A DNA stretch of 64,000 nt from an uncultured Salinarchaeum sp. (GTDB taxonomy: Archaea > Halobacteriota > Halobacteria > Halobacteriales > Salinarchaeaceae): assembly GCA_964403925.1 (NCBI GenBank), contig CAYOHZ010000004.1:4733-68732 (forward strand), given 5' to 3'. The position numbers were made by a program, and so were the translations under genes. The notes below the pieces were generated by a model. The model saw nothing but the letters and a program-made list of their open reading frames with translations. It was not told the DNA's origin and ran no database searches. This document shows positions 10,820 through 20,332 of this stretch, piece after piece (the first letter of the stretch is position 1; every line of letters begins with the position of its first letter).

Positions 10820-11293
10820 CTACCGGAATTCGGCTTCCGTAACCCGGACGATAACCGTTTGCTCGACCTCTCGAAGATCGTAGTCCGGCACGGTCCCATC
10901 AGTTCGGCGGGCATACAGCGGCTCAACCAACCGTCCTGCAGATCGTTGCTCGTCCTGTAGCACACCATAGATTTTCAGATACTCCCCGGTCGACTCGGGG
11001 GGAAGCTGTTCGTTACGCACTGCTGTGGCTAACTCCCGAGATAACCACTCTGTCGGGTGAATCGATCCCTCACGAACAAGCACGTGGCTGGCATACCGGG
11101 TTAGGTGCCAATTGAGATCGTTTAACAGCGTGATTGCGGCACCGAGACTCACCGTTTTGAGTCCGATCGCATTCTCGAAAGGTTCTGTCAGCTCATAGGT
11201 TGCCAGCGCTCCGCGTGCGGTCTCACTGGTCAGGAGTGCCGTCCGCACATCAGTATCCTCCGTCCCGAGTACCGCCACTTCAGTCACACCCAT
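10820..11293 (-). CDS. conserved hypothetical protein
   Basis: The ATG at 11293 (MGVTEVAVLG...) is preferred over the 224-aa ORF, whose N-terminal extension would run into the ftsZ promoter and coding start. No motif recognised. Confidence 0.5.
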   Translation of the reverse strand: MGVTEVAVLGTEDTDVRTALLTSETARGALATYELTEPFENAIGLKTVSLGAAITLLNDLNWHLTRYASHVLVREGSIHPTEWLSRELATAVRNEQLPPESTGEYLKIYGVLQDEQRSAGRLVEPLYARRTDGTVPDYDLREVEQTVIVRVTEAEFR

Positions 11294-11366
11294 GTATTGA
11301 GAGGGCCTGGTCTTGTCGATTTCGGCTCTGAGAGGCCTTTTCGACGATGGACGACCGTATACTGCC

Positions 11367-11386
11367 GTCAGACGACTGTCAGACGA
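11367..11386 (+). promoter_or_regulatory. tandem 9-bp direct repeat GTCAGACGA-N2-GTCAGACGA just upstream of the ftsZ TATA box
   Basis: The copies are at 11367-11375 and 11378-11386, an 11-bp periodicity. A TATA-like GTATAATTAG at 11395-11404 sits about 30 nt before the ftsZ ATG. Confidence 0.35.
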
Positions 11387-11428
11387 AGGGCGAAGTATAA
11401 TTAGCCTGCACGTTGAAACCAGTGGTAA

Positions 11429-12583
11429 ATGGATTCGATCATCGATGAGGCCATCGAAGAAGCCGAAGAGGAGTCCAACAGTGGGGCCCCCCAACAGTCC
11501 GAGCAGACGACGAAAAGTGGCTCGTTAACTGACGAGGAGCTTCGTGACGTCCTCGAAGATCTTGAAACGAATATTACTGTTGTCGGCTGTGGTGGCGCCG
11601 GCAGCAACACTGTCGACCGGATGTACGAGGAGGGCATCCACGGTGCTCGCTTGATTGCGGCAAACACCGATGTCCAGCATCTCGTTGAGATCGATGCTGA
11701 TGAGAAGATCTTGATGGGCGAACAGAAAACCGGTGGTCGTGGGGCTGGCTCGCTCCCACAGGTCGGGGAAGAAGCAGCCATTGAGAGCCAAGACGAGATC
11801 CTCCAATCGGTTCGCGGCTCGGATATGGTCTTTGTGACTGCTGGATTAGGTGGCGGCACCGGCACCGGTGCAGCACCAGTTATCGCGCAGGCGGCCCGTG
11901 AATCCGGCGCCCTGACAATTGCTGTCGTGACAACGCCGTTTACTGCCGAAGGCGAGGTCCGGCGCACCAACGCGGAAGCTGGTCTTGAGCGACTTCGCGA
12001 TGTGTCCGATACGGTGATCGTCGTGCCGAACGATCGCTTGCTCGATTCCGTCGGGAAACTCCCCGTCAGACAAGCATTCAAGGTCTCCGATGAAGTGCTG
12101 ATGCGATCGGTCAAAGGGATCACAGAGTTAATCACCAAACCCGGCCTGGTGAACCTGGACTTTGCGGACGTTCGGACGGTCATGGAGCGTGGTGGCGTCG
12201 CGATGATCGGGCTCGGTGAATCCGACTCAGAGGCCAAAGCTGAGGACTCGGTCAAAAGTGCCCTTCGTTCACCGCTGTTAGACGTTGATATTTCCGGGGC
12301 AAACTCCGCATTGGTCAATGTCACTGGTGGATCGGACATGGCAATTGAGGAGGCCGAAGGAGTTGTTGAGGAAATTTATGATCGGATCGATCCTGATGCC
12401 CGAATCATCTGGGGAACTTCGATTGACGAATCGCTCGATGGTGCAATGCGGACTATGGTTGTCGTGACAGGCGTCGAGTCCCCGCAAATCTATGGCGGAG
12501 GGACACAGCCTGAAATGACGCCTGGCGCCGATCCGAGTGCTACTCCGGTTGACTCCGACGACGACATCGACTTTGTCGAATAA
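11429..12583 (+). CDS. ftsZ: cell division protein FtsZ (FtsZ1 type)
   Basis: Tubulin signature [13 protein letters not shown] and [12 protein letters not shown]. The archaeal ftsZ-secE-nusG gene order is conserved here. Confidence 0.97.
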   Translation: MDSIIDEAIEEAEEESNSGAPQQSEQTTKSGSLTDEELRDVLEDLETNITVVGCGGAGSNTVDRMYEEGIHGARLIAANTDVQHLVEIDADEKILMGEQKTGGRGAGSLPQVGEEAAIESQDEILQSVRGSDMVFVTAGLGGGTGTGAAPVIAQAARESGALTIAVVTTPFTAEGEVRRTNAEAGLERLRDVSDTVIVVPNDRLLDSVGKLPVRQAFKVSDEVLMRSVKGITELITKPGLVNLDFADVRTVMERGGVAMIGLGESDSEAKAEDSVKSALRSPLLDVDISGANSALVNVTGGSDMAIEEAEGVVEEIYDRIDPDARIIWGTSIDESLDGAMRTMVVVTGVESPQIYGGGTQPEMTPGADPSATPVDSDDDIDFVE

Positions 12584-12664
12584 CTCTTCTGGCTCTCCCA
12601 GACAATGGGCTCGTCGGTCAACCAACACATAAAAGACCCGGCGACAGCTATTCTCGGAGTGAGT

Positions 12665-12880
12665 ATGAACGTCCCGACAGATCTGACCTCGTATCTCCGG
12701 GTCCTGAAGATGGCGAGTACGCCGACCTGGGATGAATTTTCCCGGACTGCCCAAATCGCTGGCATCGGGATCGTGCTTATCGGCGCGCTTGGATTCATCT
12801 TGTTTGTTCTTATGAGCTATCTGCCGCCGTCGGAGACCGCTGCTTCTGCTGTCGGTCTCCTTGCTGGACTTCTTGGGTGA
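12665..12880 (+). CDS. secE: protein translocase subunit SecE / Sec61-gamma
   Basis: The motif LTSYLRVLKMASTPTWDEFSRTAQIAG is followed by a single TM helix. The ATG at 12665 is preferred over 12605. Confidence 0.85.
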   Translation: MNVPTDLTSYLRVLKMASTPTWDEFSRTAQIAGIGIVLIGALGFILFVLMSYLPPSETAASAVGLLAGLLG

Positions 12881-12884
12881 TTCG

Positions 12885-13337
12885 ATGCCGATCTACGCAG
12901 TCAAAACGACCGCCAGTCAGGAACGCACCGTCGCAGACATGATTATCAACCGCGAGGAGGAGTCAGTGCACGCCGCACTTGCGCCGGATTCGCTGACCTC
13001 GTATGTGATGGTTGAAGCCGATGATGGTGCTGTTTTCGATCGAATCCTTGATGAGATCCCCCACGCCCGTGATGTAGTCCGTCGGGACGGGGATGCTGCA
13101 CCAAGTGACTTCTCGGAGGTCGAGCACTTTCTTTCCCCGACACCGGATGTCGAAGGCATCACAGAAGGCGATATCGTCGAACTCATCGCTGGGCCATTCA
13201 AAGGAGAAAAAGCGCAAGTCCAGCGTATTGATGAAGGGAAAGATCAAGTCACGGTCGAACTTTACGAGGCAACCGTCCCGATTCCAGTCACCGTCCGGGG
13301 CGATCAGATTCGCGTGCTTGACAGTGACGAACGCTAA
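12885..13337 (+). CDS. nusG: transcription elongation factor Spt5 (NusG)
   Basis: The NGN domain starts MPIYAVKTTASQERTVADMI. The KOW motif reads ELIAGPFKGEKAQVQRID. Confidence 0.92.
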   Translation: MPIYAVKTTASQERTVADMIINREEESVHAALAPDSLTSYVMVEADDGAVFDRILDEIPHARDVVRRDGDAAPSDFSEVEHFLSPTPDVEGITEGDIVELIAGPFKGEKAQVQRIDEGKDQVTVELYEATVPIPVTVRGDQIRVLDSDER

Positions 13338-13645
13338 TCGGCGTTTTGTTGAATCCGGTCTTCGTCGATCCGATCGACAACTTCGCCAAGATCGGCTTGC
13401 TCCTCTACGAGCGATTTGATTTCCTCGCGTTCTCTGACGTCTTCGGCATCGGCTTCGTATGCTCGGACATATTCCGCCCGAGAATGCGTTTCGACCGCAT
13501 GGCGGATCGCCAAGTAGCCATCAGGAACGACCGCACCGCAGACCTGACATTCGGTTCGTTCATGATCGTCGGTTTGGTGGACGATCAGATCTTCGACTCG
13601 CTCGAATTCCCGGTCACACGTGTCGATTCCGCAGGCCCACGGCAT
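13334..13645 (-). CDS. small protein with two C2H2-type zinc fingers
   Basis: 103 aa. Finger 1 is CGIDTCDREFERVEDLIVHQTDDH and finger 2 is CQVCGAVVPDGYLAIRHAVETH. The tail is acidic. Confidence 0.7.
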   Translation of the reverse strand: MPWACGIDTCDREFERVEDLIVHQTDDHERTECQVCGAVVPDGYLAIRHAVETHSRAEYVRAYEADAEDVREREEIKSLVEEQADLGEVVDRIDEDRIQQNAD

Positions 13646-13691
13646 AACTTATCTACCTGTTTTTAATCCGTGTAAATAATCGTTCCGTCGT

Positions 13692-14474
13692 TTATTCCAA
13701 TGTCTCAAGCTCGTACGCCAGATCAGCGTCAGCAAGTGGGTCAGTGATCCGTCCGACCATTCCTGCGGTCGCAACGATCAGTACATCAACCCCGCGACCG
13801 GCAGCGTCCGCTGCAATATCCCCCACAGCAAAGGTCATATCCGGCTCGATGCCCGCCTGCCTCGTAGCGACAACCCCTTCAACACCAGCAGCAAGGACGA
13901 TGTCGTAATCTTGTCCTCGATCGCTGATCCGCTCTGGATCGATACCGTGACTGCCGCCAGTGCTAATTGTCGGAATTTGCACGATCGTTACGACGCCCGG
14001 CTCAAGGTCGATAATGCCATTAAACTCCGTGACGCCGACATCCTCTCCCTCTGTTGCAGTCATCGTTGCAGTGCCTGTCGCAGTGCCTGCTGTCCCCGGT
14101 GTTGCATGTAAGAGCCCGTCTTGGAGGCTCAGTGAGACGGGGTCCTCAGCGTGAATCTCAGCCGTTGCAATCGCTGCATCCTCACGAACACTGCCAAGCA
14201 CATCACCGGTGACATACTCGAGGTAGCGTCGCATCTCTCCTGCCTCGTTTAACAACCAGTCAACTCCTTCAGTTGTCATTCGATACCGCGATCGACTTTC
14301 CTTCCGGACCAGTCCATCGTCGATTAGCTCACGGACGTACTCACTGACGGCTTGGCTTGTCACCCCGACTGCCTCAGCGATCTCGCCTTGGCTTACTGCC
14401 GGTTGTCGATCGGCAATCTCAACGAGAATCCGAAAGCGCGTCGCAGTGCGTTGATCGTTTAACACGTCGGCCAT
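13692..14474 (-). CDS. winged-HTH transcriptional regulator with an uncharacterised C-terminal domain
   Basis: The N-terminal HTH reads SQGEIAEAVGVTSQAVSEYVRELIDDGLV. The ATG at 14474 (MADVLNDQRT...) is preferred over the 319-aa ORF. Confidence 0.7.
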   Translation of the reverse strand: MADVLNDQRTATRFRILVEIADRQPAVSQGEIAEAVGVTSQAVSEYVRELIDDGLVRKESRSRYRMTTEGVDWLLNEAGEMRRYLEYVTGDVLGSVREDAAIATAEIHAEDPVSLSLQDGLLHATPGTAGTATGTATMTATEGEDVGVTEFNGIIDLEPGVVTIVQIPTISTGGSHGIDPERISDRGQDYDIVLAAGVEGVVATRQAGIEPDMTFAVGDIAADAAGRGVDVLIVATAGMVGRITDPLADADLAYELETLE

Positions 14475-14565
14475 ACTGTCTGGTTTGGCGCTGTTGATTA
14501 AAAACAAGCCGCTCGGAGGCACTTCTTCGTCAGGTTCATATCTACCCACTCCCGACCATTCGCCG

Positions 14566-15507
14566 ATGGAGCCAACCCCGCTGTTTGTGATGGAGTTCCT
14601 CTTGCAATGGCGTGAACCACTCATTTGGCTCGCGATCGCTGCATTTCTCACGGCCTCGCTGCTTGATGTCGGGTCATATCGATCAGCAGCTGTGTGGCTC
14701 GCTGGTGGTGGCTGGATCCTGTTTGGGCTGTTCTGGATCGCGATGTTCCCGTATTTCTATTTCGAATTTGGAAGCCCGCTAGAGGGACTGTTGAGTCTTA
14801 TCGGCGGGCCCCTCTCCTTTTACACGGGGTATCTGCTCGTTTCCGGCCGGGATTCGTTGCTTATCTTATCCCGTGCAGTCGGGTTGATGGGGGTGTTTTA
14901 TTTGCCAGCATCATTGCTCGATCCGGTTCGACACTGGTTGATCGAAACTGTTGCGATCCAAACACACTGGGGGATGGAGCTGCTTGGATACAGTCCTGGC
15001 CTTGTTGAGGGCCCGAACGATCTTATGAGCCAGTTTGATTTTCCTGTGACCGACGAGGGACGACCAACATACATCGAGTTTGCGTGTACTGGCATCGGTA
15101 GCATCTCGATTTTCGGGGGGCTTGTCGCCGCTGCCCGTGGCCCGCTCTCTCAGAAGGTGCTTGCGTTTGTCAGTGCAACCGGTGTTATCTGGGTGTTGAA
15201 TCTAGCTCGGAACGTCTTCGTCTCGCTTGCTGCGCCACTTGGCTGGTTCCATGAACCGATATTAGTTTCCGTTACAACGACTGTCTCGCCAGCAATGGCT
15301 CCAGCACAAACGTCGTATTTCATGTCTCATCATCTCGTTGCTCAGCCGTTATCGTTGGTTGCGTTGTTAGGGATCACCTTGCTTGTCGTTCGGATCCTGC
15401 CGGCTGCAATGCACCCAATCGAGGAACTGTTGTATGTTTTGACGGGGATTGAGTACGACCTCCAAACCGTGTTTTCCGATCCCGTCCGGACTGATGGAGG
15501 CAACTGA
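14566..15507 (+). CDS. artA: archaeosortase A (PGF-CTERM-specific)
   Basis: Polytopic membrane protein. It carries the exosortase/archaeosortase active-site Cys in FACTGIGS and the Arg motif LNLARNVFV. The start is uncertain: 14566 or 14590. Confidence 0.8.
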   Translation: MEPTPLFVMEFLLQWREPLIWLAIAAFLTASLLDVGSYRSAAVWLAGGGWILFGLFWIAMFPYFYFEFGSPLEGLLSLIGGPLSFYTGYLLVSGRDSLLILSRAVGLMGVFYLPASLLDPVRHWLIETVAIQTHWGMELLGYSPGLVEGPNDLMSQFDFPVTDEGRPTYIEFACTGIGSISIFGGLVAAARGPLSQKVLAFVSATGVIWVLNLARNVFVSLAAPLGWFHEPILVSVTTTVSPAMAPAQTSYFMSHHLVAQPLSLVALLGITLLVVRILPAAMHPIEELLYVLTGIEYDLQTVFSDPVRTDGGN

Positions 15508-16207
15508 CCCGTCATTGCAGGTGCGGCTTGCTGATCGAGCGGCGTATTTCCCGCCAGCAGATACGCTTGTCTGTGCTGATCTTCATCTCGGGCGTGATCG
15601 GACAGCACAAGTCGAGTTCCCGCTTGGTGAACGGACACGAGTCCCCGAGCGACTCAACACACTTCTCGATCAGTTCGATCCGGGGACTGTCGTGTTTGCT
15701 GGGGATCTCTTGCATACGTTTGATCATCTCCCAGCTGGCGTTGAGGACACCCTGGGTGAGCTTCTCGATTTGGTCGACCGTGCTGGGGCGACACCAGTAC
15801 TGCTTACCGGTAATCATGACTCGATGCTTGCCAGTATTGCGCCGACCTCAATCGCCGAGAGCTATCGCCTGGCAGACGATACACTTGTTGTTCACGGCCA
15901 TGCGGCACCCGATGCTGGGGTCTTACAGAACGTGTCCCGGGTCGTGATCGGACATGTTCACCCTGCGATTGTCATCGAGGGCCAGCGCCGACCGTGTTAT
16001 CTGTATAATCCAGACACTGATCCGTCGGTTTTCGTTGTCCCGGCGTTTACCACACTCGCACCTGGCACTCCAGTTAACGAGGGGACTGGCGATCTGCCAT
16101 CACCGTTGATCAGCCGTCTTGATGCATTTCGCCCAGCAGTCTGGGATCCGGCCGCCGATGAGACACTGTGGTTCCCACCGTTGCGGCGGCTTCGCTCGAT
16201 TCTCTGA
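15494..16207 (+). CDS. metallophosphoesterase
   Basis: Calcineurin-like motifs are present: CADLHLG, FAGDLLH, LTGNHD, VVHGH, IGHVHP. The start is uncertain and overlaps the end of artA by 14 nt. Confidence 0.75.
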   Translation: MEATDPSLQVRLADRAAYFPPADTLVCADLHLGRDRTAQVEFPLGERTRVPERLNTLLDQFDPGTVVFAGDLLHTFDHLPAGVEDTLGELLDLVDRAGATPVLLTGNHDSMLASIAPTSIAESYRLADDTLVVHGHAAPDAGVLQNVSRVVIGHVHPAIVIEGQRRPCYLYNPDTDPSVFVVPAFTTLAPGTPVNEGTGDLPSPLISRLDAFRPAVWDPAADETLWFPPLRRLRSIL

Positions 16208-17470
16208 TCAGTCTCGGTCGGCAAGCCGGGCTGTTGCTGCCTCGCGACCGCTGGCCATCGCACCCTGGATCGATGACCAGTGTGTATACTCTCCAGCAAG
16301 GTAAACCGGTCCAGCCGGCGCATCGACAGATGGCAGCTGCTCGTGGATTCCCGGTGGTTGTTTGAACTGTGCAAAGTCGATCTGATCCGTTGCCAGCACT
16401 GTCAGATCTGGAATCGTCCGATCCGGGAACCATGCTGCCAGTGCCTGTCGCGTCTCGGCGGCACGGTCATGCTCGGCTTCGGGCGTTGATCCAACAAACG
16501 TTGCACAGAACAACGCTCGCTCGGTGGTCCCGTACTCCGGGACGACTCCAGAGAGTGGCACGATCTGGTTGGGCGCATCATCGTCGGCGTTCAAAAGAAT
16601 GCGTGACCCAGTCGGTGCGACTGCTTGTGGTGCTGTATAATACTGTGTCGTCACGCGTTGTCCTGTTGTCGGAATCGTTGTAACGTCGGTTAGTGACGCT
16701 GCCGTCGGTGCATCCGTTGCCACGATCGCACTATCAGCCTGGTAGGTCTCTGTTGTCGTCGCTACGCTTACCCCATCAGCTGTCCGTGCAACCCCAGTTA
16801 CGGGCGTCTGATACCGGATCTGTCCCCCGGCTTCTCGGAGCTGGTTGGCTATCTGTGTGGTGATAGCGCCCATTCCGGCAGCTGGAACGGCGATCGAGCC
16901 GGCTGATAGCATCCGAAAGGTGTACTCAAAAATCCGTTTGGAACTGCTCAATGACCGATCCAGCGTGATGCCACCGTAAAATGGTCGGAAAAAACGATCG
17001 ATGATTCGCCTCGAAAACCCCAGTTGTGTAAGATAACTGTGGATTGTCATATCCGGCCCCGTAAAGAACTCCGCTAGTGAGCGGGATCGCAGCCGATACT
17101 GAAGCCACAGAAGCCGTAATTTGTCTCCAAGCGTGGCCGCCCGATTGAACAGTGTTGGAATCGTACTTGCCGGATCCCGGAGCGGATCCCCAAGAATTGC
17201 TCGCCGGTCGGGGCCTGCCAGTACTGCCCCCGGTGCAAACGAGCGCAACTGGAGTGCTGATAGGTCCAGTTCTCGACGAACTGCTGGATAGGCAGTAAAC
17301 AACACCTGAAACCCATAATCAAGCGTAAATCCATCAACTGTCCGTGACTGCACCCGACCACCAATGGCATCAGTCGCCTCAAGTACCGTTACCTGCTCTC
17401 CATGTGCAGCAAGCGTGCGGGCAGCAATCAGGCCGGCAAGTCCACCCCCAATGACGATCGTCTCGCCCAT
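16208..17470 (-). CDS. NAD(P)/FAD-dependent oxidoreductase (amine oxidase / phytoene desaturase-like)
   Basis: The dinucleotide-binding N-terminus is VIGGGLAGLIAARTLAAHGEQVTVLEA...GGRV. The C-terminus has the flavin motif YLAGEY. Confidence 0.8.
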   Translation of the reverse strand: MGETIVIGGGLAGLIAARTLAAHGEQVTVLEATDAIGGRVQSRTVDGFTLDYGFQVLFTAYPAVRRELDLSALQLRSFAPGAVLAGPDRRAILGDPLRDPASTIPTLFNRAATLGDKLRLLWLQYRLRSRSLAEFFTGPDMTIHSYLTQLGFSRRIIDRFFRPFYGGITLDRSLSSSKRIFEYTFRMLSAGSIAVPAAGMGAITTQIANQLREAGGQIRYQTPVTGVARTADGVSVATTTETYQADSAIVATDAPTAASLTDVTTIPTTGQRVTTQYYTAPQAVAPTGSRILLNADDDAPNQIVPLSGVVPEYGTTERALFCATFVGSTPEAEHDRAAETRQALAAWFPDRTIPDLTVLATDQIDFAQFKQPPGIHEQLPSVDAPAGPVYLAGEYTHWSSIQGAMASGREAATARLADRD

Positions 17471-17638
17471 AGTCTCATGTTGGACGGCCCGGTTAACTAC
17501 GCTTCGAGGTTCGGTCCACTGCTTTCTCAGAACAGTATTCTTGCGTTGTTAGGAGTTTCCAACGCAGCTACCGGAGCAGAAGAGACCACTCTGCTCTCTC
17601 TCCGGAGCGCTTATTCACTCGCCTCCCGCAATGCGATT

Positions 17639-18823
17639 ATGAGTCTTTCCGGGTTCGAGTGTCTAGACTGTGGGCATCGCCAATCGCGGATGGATCCGCC
17701 TGTGTGTGAAGCCTGTGGCGGCCCACTTGATCCAGTCTATGAGTATGATGCGACGACAGCGACGAATATTCGTACCGCTGGGGGACACTCGATGTGGGAC
17801 TTTGCCGCCGTGTTGCCTGGTACAGCCGATACTGCTGTTTCGATGGGTGAAGGTCGGACGCCACTGGTTAGTGCGGAGTCGTTGGCAGATGAGCTGGGGA
17901 TCGATCGTGTGCTCATCAAAGACGATGGACAGACACCGACCGGAACCACACACGATCGAGCGTTCGCCGCATCGATCACTAGCCTAGACGACCAGCAATA
18001 CGACGGGACGGCACTTGGGGTGGCCTCAACCGGCCCTGGTGGACAGTCCGCTGCTGCCTATGCTGGTCGTGGTGGATTCTTCGCACATGTGTTTATTCCT
18101 GCACGAGCGAGTTTCGGGAGTCAAGCGATGATCAATGTTCATGCCGCGGATATGAACGTTGTTGAGGGACGCTATCCAGAGACGAAAGCAACCTACGAGT
18201 CCGCTCGTGACGACGACTGGATCCAGCTGGATCCGTTTTCGATGCCGTTTCGGCATGATGGGCTCAAAACAGCTGCTTACGAGGTGTTTGATGCGCTTGA
18301 GTGGACTGCTCCGGACTTGATCGTCACGCCTGCTGGACACGGCGAACTCCCAGTCGCGTTCGCGAAAGCAGCTCGTGAACTCCGTGAGCTAGGCCTCATT
18401 GAGACGACTCCTCGAATCGTACTCGTCCAGCCACAGGAGTGTGCACCCCTCGTCGAGGCGATTGATACGGACGCTGACTCCCCGACACCCTGGGAACACC
18501 CTGATACGATCTGTGGAAGTCTTGAGATCACCGATCCGGCTGGAGGGTCATACGCAATTGATGCTGTCAACCGGACCGACGGTACCGCAGTCTCGGTTCC
18601 GGATGCGGCGATCCTTAACAGCGCCTGTGAGATTGCCACAACGGAGGGGCTTGAACTCGGAACTGGTGGTGGCGCGGCGGTCGCCGGGCTCAAGGAACTC
18701 GCCAGTCAGGACCATCTTGATGCTGCTGAGACAGCTGTACTGTTTAACCCCAGTGCGGCAATGCAGCAAGTCGATGTGATCCGGAGTCACCTGATGAGCA
18801 CAGAGTGGGACCGAAAAGCTTAG
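17639..18823 (+). CDS. thrC: threonine synthase (archaeal type with an N-terminal zinc ribbon)
   Basis: A zinc ribbon (CLDCGH...CEACGG) is followed by a PLP-enzyme fold (LIKDDGQTPTGTTHDRAF; GHGELPVAFAKA). The ATG at 17639 is preferred over the 17402 ORF. Confidence 0.8.
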   Translation: MSLSGFECLDCGHRQSRMDPPVCEACGGPLDPVYEYDATTATNIRTAGGHSMWDFAAVLPGTADTAVSMGEGRTPLVSAESLADELGIDRVLIKDDGQTPTGTTHDRAFAASITSLDDQQYDGTALGVASTGPGGQSAAAYAGRGGFFAHVFIPARASFGSQAMINVHAADMNVVEGRYPETKATYESARDDDWIQLDPFSMPFRHDGLKTAAYEVFDALEWTAPDLIVTPAGHGELPVAFAKAARELRELGLIETTPRIVLVQPQECAPLVEAIDTDADSPTPWEHPDTICGSLEITDPAGGSYAIDAVNRTDGTAVSVPDAAILNSACEIATTEGLELGTGGGAAVAGLKELASQDHLDAAETAVLFNPSAAMQQVDVIRSHLMSTEWDRKA

Positions 18824-18848
18824 TCACCAGCTCGTTGATTTTTCTGCC

Positions 18849-19520
18849 GTGTCTGGACTTGGGGTGTCACTTATTGCTGGCGCATTGTTTGGTATTGCGC
18901 TCGCTGCACCGCCTGGCCCGATGAATGCGCTTATCGCTCAGGAAAGTGTCCTTCGTGGCTGGGGATCGGGGTTTCGCGCTGGGCTTGGAGCGGTCGCTGC
19001 GGATGTTCTTTTCTGTGTGCTTGCCTTTCTTGGTGTCGTAACGATCGTCGAAGAGCTGCCACAGCTTCGCACGGGGATGATCGCTATCGGTGGCTTGTTG
19101 ATGTGCTATTTCGCGTATGATGCGTTCCGCGATGCTCGTGGCTCTTTTGTTGAGGAGGATATTACGGCGGCGTCTGCCGGGTTCCGGAAAACGTTCGTGC
19201 TTGCTCTTACCAATCCCTACCAGATCCTGTTTTGGCTGACGATCGGTGTTGGTCTCCTCCAGCACGGAACGCTTGATGTCCTTGCGCAAGTGCCCGGAGT
19301 GGCGCTTGATGGACTGGTTGTCGTCGAGACCGGATCGCCCGCACTGATCGTTGGCTTTTTCGTTGGTGTTCTTCTGTGGGTGATCGTCTATCCAGCTAGT
19401 CTCGTGGCAGTCGGCGACAGACTTGATGCTGCTGCACCGATCATTGCGCTTCTCTCCGGTGTTGTTCTGGCGTTGTTCGGGATCGGATTCGTACTGGATG
19501 CTGTGACGACCGTTCTGTGA
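18849..19520 (+). CDS. LysE/RhtB-family amino-acid exporter
   Basis: 223 aa with about 6 TM segments. The N-terminal motif is APPGPMNALI. The start appears to be GTG. Confidence 0.75.
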   Translation: MSGLGVSLIAGALFGIALAAPPGPMNALIAQESVLRGWGSGFRAGLGAVAADVLFCVLAFLGVVTIVEELPQLRTGMIAIGGLLMCYFAYDAFRDARGSFVEEDITAASAGFRKTFVLALTNPYQILFWLTIGVGLLQHGTLDVLAQVPGVALDGLVVVETGSPALIVGFFVGVLLWVIVYPASLVAVGDRLDAAAPIIALLSGVVLALFGIGFVLDAVTTVL

Positions 19521-20201
19521 TCACACGCGTGGCTCGATGGCTGCGATTTCGTCTGTGAGCCACTCCCGGATCCAGCGAGCTCGCTTAAGCCGCTTGTGTG
19601 CAATCGTCTCACCAGTATCGGTTTCAACTCGTTCGATTGCCTCATTCCCACGTTCGACCACCCGATCGATCATCTCTGCTGCATCGGTGTGCGTTCGCGA
19701 TTCATAGCCCATTCGTAACAGCATAAGCGTGACCCCATTAGCACCGACCTTATCGAGGATATCTGCCTCGACGAGTGCTTGTGTCTCAAGTGCCAGATCC
19801 TGTAGTGGCCCTTGATAGGAGTGTTGACGAATCGCTCGACAGACCGCATCAACAAACGATGCCGGAAACTCCTCGTGTGTGCTCAGATACTCGCGAGCAA
19901 TCCGAGCGCCCTCCTCAGCATGGACTTCCTGATCGACTTCCAGTTTTGCCACGTCATGAAAGACAGCAGCGACTCGTGTCACATCAACATCGGCGCCTTC
20001 TTTCCGGGCAATCTCCGTCCCCAACGCGATCACATTTTGGATATGATTGAATCGATAGTCGGCGGAATGCCAGGGATACCATCGCATGCGCCCGCCTTCG
20101 TGTTCGCGCTCGACGCTGGCTTTGAGATACTCATAGACAAACTGCTTCATTTCCGCCAACTGGTCGTCTGTTACCGGGCGCTCTTTGATTTCAACGCCCA
20201 C
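19521..20201 (-). CDS. HD-domain metal-dependent phosphohydrolase
   Basis: HD motif FNHIQNV...AAVFHDVAK. GTG start (MGVEIKE...). Confidence 0.75.
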   Translation of the reverse strand: MGVEIKERPVTDDQLAEMKQFVYEYLKASVEREHEGGRMRWYPWHSADYRFNHIQNVIALGTEIARKEGADVDVTRVAAVFHDVAKLEVDQEVHAEEGARIAREYLSTHEEFPASFVDAVCRAIRQHSYQGPLQDLALETQALVEADILDKVGANGVTLMLLRMGYESRTHTDAAEMIDRVVERGNEAIERVETDTGETIAHKRLKRARWIREWLTDEIAAIEPRV

Positions 20202-20300
20202 GGAACCACCCCGACTGTCGCGTTCGATTGGTCATAGCTGTCACAACAAAGGGCTGTTTCACTCTTTAGGTTTACGTACAGCTGTCGAACTCCCGGTGGA

Positions 20301-20309
20301 TTTATTTAT
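20301..20309 (+). promoter_or_regulatory. TATA-box-like element for the APC permease/USP operon (leaderless spacing)
   Basis: TTTATTTAT is centred about 28 nt upstream of the ATG at 20333. Confidence 0.35.
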
Positions 20310-20332
20310 GCTGTCCTAATCCCATTTGTTAT

